Program-made: the position numbers and the translations under genes
The notes under the pieces: generated by a model
What the model was told of the DNA's origin: nothing
What the model saw: only the letters and a program-made list of their open reading frames with translations
The model's database searches: none
Assembly (NCBI GenBank): GCA_002269645.1
Contig: NIVC01000084.1
Coordinates: 992,001 to 1,056,000, forward strand
Length of the DNA: 64,000 nt
From: Macrostomum lignano
Taxonomy: Eukaryota
Direction: 5' to 3'
In this document: in pieces, positions 59,386 through 64,000 of the stretch
How the letters are laid out: every line of letters begins with the position of its first letter
How positions within the stretch are numbered: the stretch's first letter is position 1

Positions 59386-59650
59386 TATACGCAAGTATAT
59401 ACACTGCAGCTCAAATAGAAAATCGAGTGCAGCGTCTTTTATTTCAGGTGTTTACGGACGGAAGCTTCATTTGCAAAAATGGCGAGAATGCTATACTGCT
59501 ACCGACCTAAAAGAAACAGAAATATACTTTTTTGTCATTTTTACTTTCAAACACGATCGTATATAGTTTAATATTTTAAATATTAGTAAAATGTTATCCG
59601 AAACAGTTAATCTTCAATCAAAAGCCCTAGAGATCAGCTAATCAGCTCAC

Positions 59651-59977
59651 CTGTACAAAGGCCCGCCAATGCTTGTTCTGGAGTCGCAGTGCCTCAAGCG
59701 TCCATAGAATGTGCGACAGCTGCTTGCAGATGCCGACGCGTCGCCCCGACTATTAGTAGCCGTAGTGGACTTGCCGAAGGGAAACTTTGTCCGTATGAAG
59801 CGAGTGTCGCTAGTAGCTGCTGCATTGTCTGGCGGCTTCTTAGAAATTGGCTCGTCAGTTTGGAGTTGATCGATGCCCAATTCTCCAGCTTTTTCGTCGC
59901 TTTCAGGGGAACTACGCGATGTGGTGATCAGCTGCCAAAAGTCGGAGCAGGCCTCTCGTAGCCAGGAACAGACAGAC
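59651..59977 (-). CDS. Putative internal coding exon of an unidentified gene
   Basis: TTTTAAAG| acceptor, 327-nt open frame (SVCSWLREACSDFWQLITTSRSSPESDEK…GGPLYR), |GTGAGC donor; phase 2 to 2; no recognisable family. Confidence 0.35.
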
Positions 59978-60692
59978 CTTTAAAATTTAATCCATTTTTA
60001 GAGCCTTTTTGAAGTTGAACAACTCCATTGGGAGGACTTATTTCCCCCCGTACAGCAATTTGAATCATCGTGACGTCATTAACTGTCAGTGTAGTGTAAA
60101 AGTACCCCCGTCTACCAGAGACGTTCTAATCCAATACATCGGGTACGTCAGAATACGGATTATGAGGCCTTATCCGATCTGTTTTATTTGATCTGTTATA
60201 ATCTTGTAGCATGCCTGCTTCTCAGCTGGGATTTCCTTCATTTTCTAGGGGCTAATTAATGATTCTTATAGAAGCAAGAATTCAAAGAAATACGGCTCCG
60301 ATCACTGATTTTGTCAGCTGCTAAAAAACAGTGCCTTCCTCTTGTCTTGTACGTCTGTGTATTTTAAAGCTCATTCGATGACGTAATAGGTATTGACTAG
60401 CCATTTAGCCCCCCGCTTTTTTGGCCTTAAAAATGACACAAAATTGCCATAAATTAAAACTTTCATCAGCCAAACATGTTTCCTTCATCAACCCAAACCC
60501 TTTCTCAATCAGCAAATAGTGTTTATCCTTTCAAGCACAAACTCTTAGTGCATATTGTCACTGGCCGGTGTATATTCTGGTCTACAGCAGGAGCTCACGG
60601 CCTTAGACCCCTCTTTATTAGCCTAACTCAAAGAACCAAACCTTTATTAAATACACTGGTATTTCCTATTAGAAGAAATCAGCTTCACTTGT

Positions 60693-62953
60693 CCCCCAGA
60701 CAGCAAGCATTCCTCAGACAGCAAGCATCCCCCAGACAGCAAGCATCCCCCAGACAGCAAGCATCCCCCAGACAGCAAGCATCCCCCAGACAGCAAGCAT
60801 CCCCCAGACAGCAAGCATCCCCCAGACAGCAAGCATCCCCCAGACAGCAAGCATTCCTCAGACAGCAAGCATTCCTCAGACAGCAAGCATCCCCCAGACA
60901 GCAAGCATCCCCCAGACAGCAAGCATTCCTCAGACAGCAAGCATCCCCCAGACAGCAAGCATCCCCCAGACAGCAAGCATCCCCCAGACAGCAAGCATCC
61001 CCCAGACAGCAAGCATCCCCCAGACAGCAAGCATCCCCCAGACAGCAAGCATCCCCCAGACAGCAAGCATTCCTCAGACAGCAAGCATTCCTCAGACAGC
61101 AAGCATCCCCAGACAGCAAGCATCCCCCAGACAGCAAGCATCCCCCAGACAGCAAGCATCCCCCAGACAGCAAGCATCCCCCAGACAGCAAGCATCCCCC
61201 AGACAGCAAGCATCCCCCAGACAGCAAGCATCCCCCAGACAGCAAGCATCCCCCAGACAGCAAGCATTCCTCAGACAGCAAGCATTCCTCAGACAGCAAG
61301 CATCCCCCAGACAGCAAGCATCCCCCAGACAGCAAGCATCCCCCAGACAGCAAGCATTCCTCAGACAGCAAGCATTCCTCAGACAGCAAGCATCCCCCAG
61401 ACAGCAAGCATCCCCAGACAGCAAGCATCCCCCAGACAGCAAGCATTCCTCAGACTGCAAGCATCCCCCAGACAGCAAGCAATCCCCCAGACAGCAAGCA
61501 TCCCCCAGACAGCAAGCATCCCCCAGACAGCAAGCATCCCCCAGACAGCAAGCATTCCTCAGACAGCAAGCATCCCCCAGACAGCAAGCATCCCCCAGAC
61601 AGCAAGCATCCCCCAGACAGCAAGCATCCCCCAGACAGCAAGCATTCCTCAGACAGCAAGCATCCCCCAGACAGCAAGCATCCCCCAGACAGCAAGCATT
61701 CCTCAGACAGCAAGCATCCCCCAGACAGCAAGCATCCCCCAGACAGCAAGCATCCCCCAGACAGCAAGCATCCCCCAGACAGCAAGCATTCCTCAGACAG
61801 CAAGCATCCCCCAGACAGCAAGCATCCTCCAGACAGCAAGCATCCCCCAGACAGCAAGCATTCCTCAGACAGCAAGCATCCCCCAGACAGCAAGCATCCC
61901 CCAGACAGCAAGCATCCCCCAGACAGCAAGCATTCCTCAGACAGCAAGCATTCCTCAGACAGCAAGCATCCCCCAGACAGCAAGCATCCCCCAGACAGCA
62001 AGCATCCCCCAGACAGCAAGCATTCCTCAGACAGCAAGCATTCCTCAGACAGCAAGCATCTCCCAGACAGCAAGCATCCCCCAGACAGCAAGCATCCCCC
62101 AGACAGCAAGCATTCCTCAGACTGCAAGCATCCCCCAGACAGCAAGCATCCCCCAGACAGCAAGCATCCCCCAGACAGCAAGCATCCCCCAGACAGCAAG
62201 CATCCCCCAGACAGCAAGCATTCCTCAGACAGCAAGCATCCCCCAGACAGCAAGCATCCCCCAGACAGCAAGCATCCCCCAGACAGCAAGCATCCCCCAG
62301 ACAGCAAGCATTCCTCAGACAGCAAGCATCCCCCAGACAGCAAGCATCCCCCAGACAGCAAGCATCCCCCAGATAGCAAGCATCCCCCAAACAGCAAGCA
62401 TCCCCCAGACAGCAAGCATCCCCCAGACAGCAAGCATCCCCCAGACAGCAAGCATTCCTCAGACAGCAAGCATCCCCAGACAGCAAGCATCCTCCAGACA
62501 GCAAGCATCCCCCAGACAGCAAGCATTCCTCAGACAGCAAGCATCCCCCAGACAGCAAGCATCCCCCAGACAGCAAGCATCCCCCAGACAGCAAGCATCC
62601 CCCAGTCAGCAAACAATCCCCCAGACAGCAAACAATCCCCCAGACAGCAAGCATCCCCCAGACAGCAAGCATCCCCCAGACAGCAAGCATTCCTCAGACA
62701 GCAAGCATCTCCCAGACAGCAAGCATCCCCCAGACAGCAAGCATCCCCCAGACAGCAAGCATCCCCCAGACAGCAAGCATCCCCCAGACAGCAAGCATCC
62801 CTCAGACAGCAAGCATCCCTCAGACAGCAAGCATCCCCCAGACAGCAAGCATCCCCCAGACAGCAAGCATCCCCCAGACAGCAAGCATCCCCCAGACAGC
62901 AAGCATCCCCCAGACAGCAAGCAATCCCCCAGACAGCAAGCATCCCCCAGACA
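60693..62953. repeat. 18-bp minisatellite, ~125 copies
   Basis: CAGACAGCAAGCATCCCC / CAGACAGCAAGCATTCCT with occasional 1-nt indels; source of the 838-aa and 532-aa ORFs. Confidence 0.98.
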
Positions 62954-63224
62954 ACAGTTGCGCAATACATCAATACTTTTAAAGTGCACTGACTGATATC
63001 CCTCCTATGCAAAAAAGCATGTTTTCGAATACGCGTATTTAATTATTTATAGCTCGTAGCATTAGCTCAAGAAGTTGAAGTTTAGTCTAGGGCCATAGAC
63101 ATATGGAGATCTCACTGCGAGAAAAATACACTCATTAGATAGAGAAATACAGTTTTTCGAATATCTAACCATCTTCCCATTCGAATTTATCAATGCAATT
63201 TACACACACACACAATCTCACAAG

Positions 63225-63330
63225 AATTTCCAAATGAATATAGCAAGTTTGAAAAAATCGGTTCAGGCATTCAGGCTTTAGACTGAAATACCGGTCAGAC
63301 AGACAGATCTACAAGAGATTTAGTATATTG
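63225..63330 (+). mobile_element. Possible Helitron/HINE-like 3' remnant
   Basis: CAAGTTTGAAAAAATCGGTTCAG…CAGACAGACAGA…TTAGTAT resembles, from memory, the 3' portion of non-autonomous Helitron/DINE-like repeats; no hairpin or CTRR end confirmed. Confidence 0.25.
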
Positions 63331-64000
63331 TGTGGTGATGATGATGATGATTGTGAAGGTAATTTCTCTCACCATGCTTAAGTTAGAAAACGTACATTTC
63401 AATGTGGAATTAAGAAGTCGAGTTGGGCAATAGACAACACAATAACGTCTGACTGAGACACTCTAAATTGCCAGAAACTTGTGTGAAATATGTTGTCTAT
63501 GGCCCAACCCATTTGCTTGTTCCTACAGGTTTTCTCCTATGGGTGTCCGTTTTCTAAATTGGCATGACAAAAGCTATATTAATGCGGCTAGTACCTGTGG
63601 TATACACTAAGTTCAGGTATGAATCATGCCATGATCTATGCGGTCTTCGTTTGACAATAGCTAAGAATAGTAATTAAGGACCACGCGGTTCATCTCTGAA
63701 TGCTTTTTGCCGGTTTCCGTATTCAAAATGATGATGCGAGTTGATTAAAATTGGAACCAAAATAAACAATTTTATGGATTTTAACCATGATACGCTAGCT
63801 GTCTCAAGTCTAGAGGAAGAAATTCTTTTTGCAATTTGGTCGAGTGCAATCGCAGAAAGATTTATATGTATATATATGAATTACGTTTGTAACATAGACT
63901 TAAGAGTTTTTTTTTCGGTTCGCTAGGCTTGCACTCCAAAATGGTTTATTAACGAACTCTGATTTATTGAGTCGAACTTTTAGCCAAGCCTTGGGGTCTT

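Noticed and set aside
60476-63012. 838-aa, 532-aa and other long ORFs
   Set aside because: Translations of a stop-free 18-bp minisatellite, open on both strands and in several frames, with 1-nt indels switching frames.

Overview
Eukaryotic (animal, invertebrate-type) genomic DNA with GT-AG introns, most of them filled by intron-specific minisatellites. The species cannot be determined from sequence alone. Exon structures were reconstructed by hand from splice signals and reading phase. Host genes: a JHY (C11orf63) ciliary-gene homologue (-, 10 exons, 16318-24108); an unrecognised single-pass membrane protein with a TSP1-like ectodomain and PPxY tail (-, 25591-27640); a mitochondrial family-I CoA-transferase of the acetyl-CoA hydrolase/ASCT type (+, 33301-39096); a WHAMM/JMY actin nucleation factor (+, 41959-49708, with a 1-nt frameshift in its poly-Pro tract); an ERICH2-like exon (-, 51598-52075); and an SLC46-family MFS transporter with an intronless CDS (+, 54091-55632). 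The most striking structure is an 8.8-kb DNA transposon (5485-14289) with 32-bp CCCGG-terminated TIRs and a 2-bp AA target duplication, inserted into a minisatellite. It carries an intact spliced DUF4806-type gene transcribed divergently from an EnSpm/CACTA-like transposase whose catalytic core is replaced by an (ATCT)n microsatellite. Other mobile DNA: several tRNA-derived SINEs (three share a central domain), two Tc1/mariner-type MITEs, and two ultra-short (28 and 38 bp) TIR-only elements with 8-bp target duplications. Most long ORFs in the supplied track are artefacts of stop-free tandem repeats.
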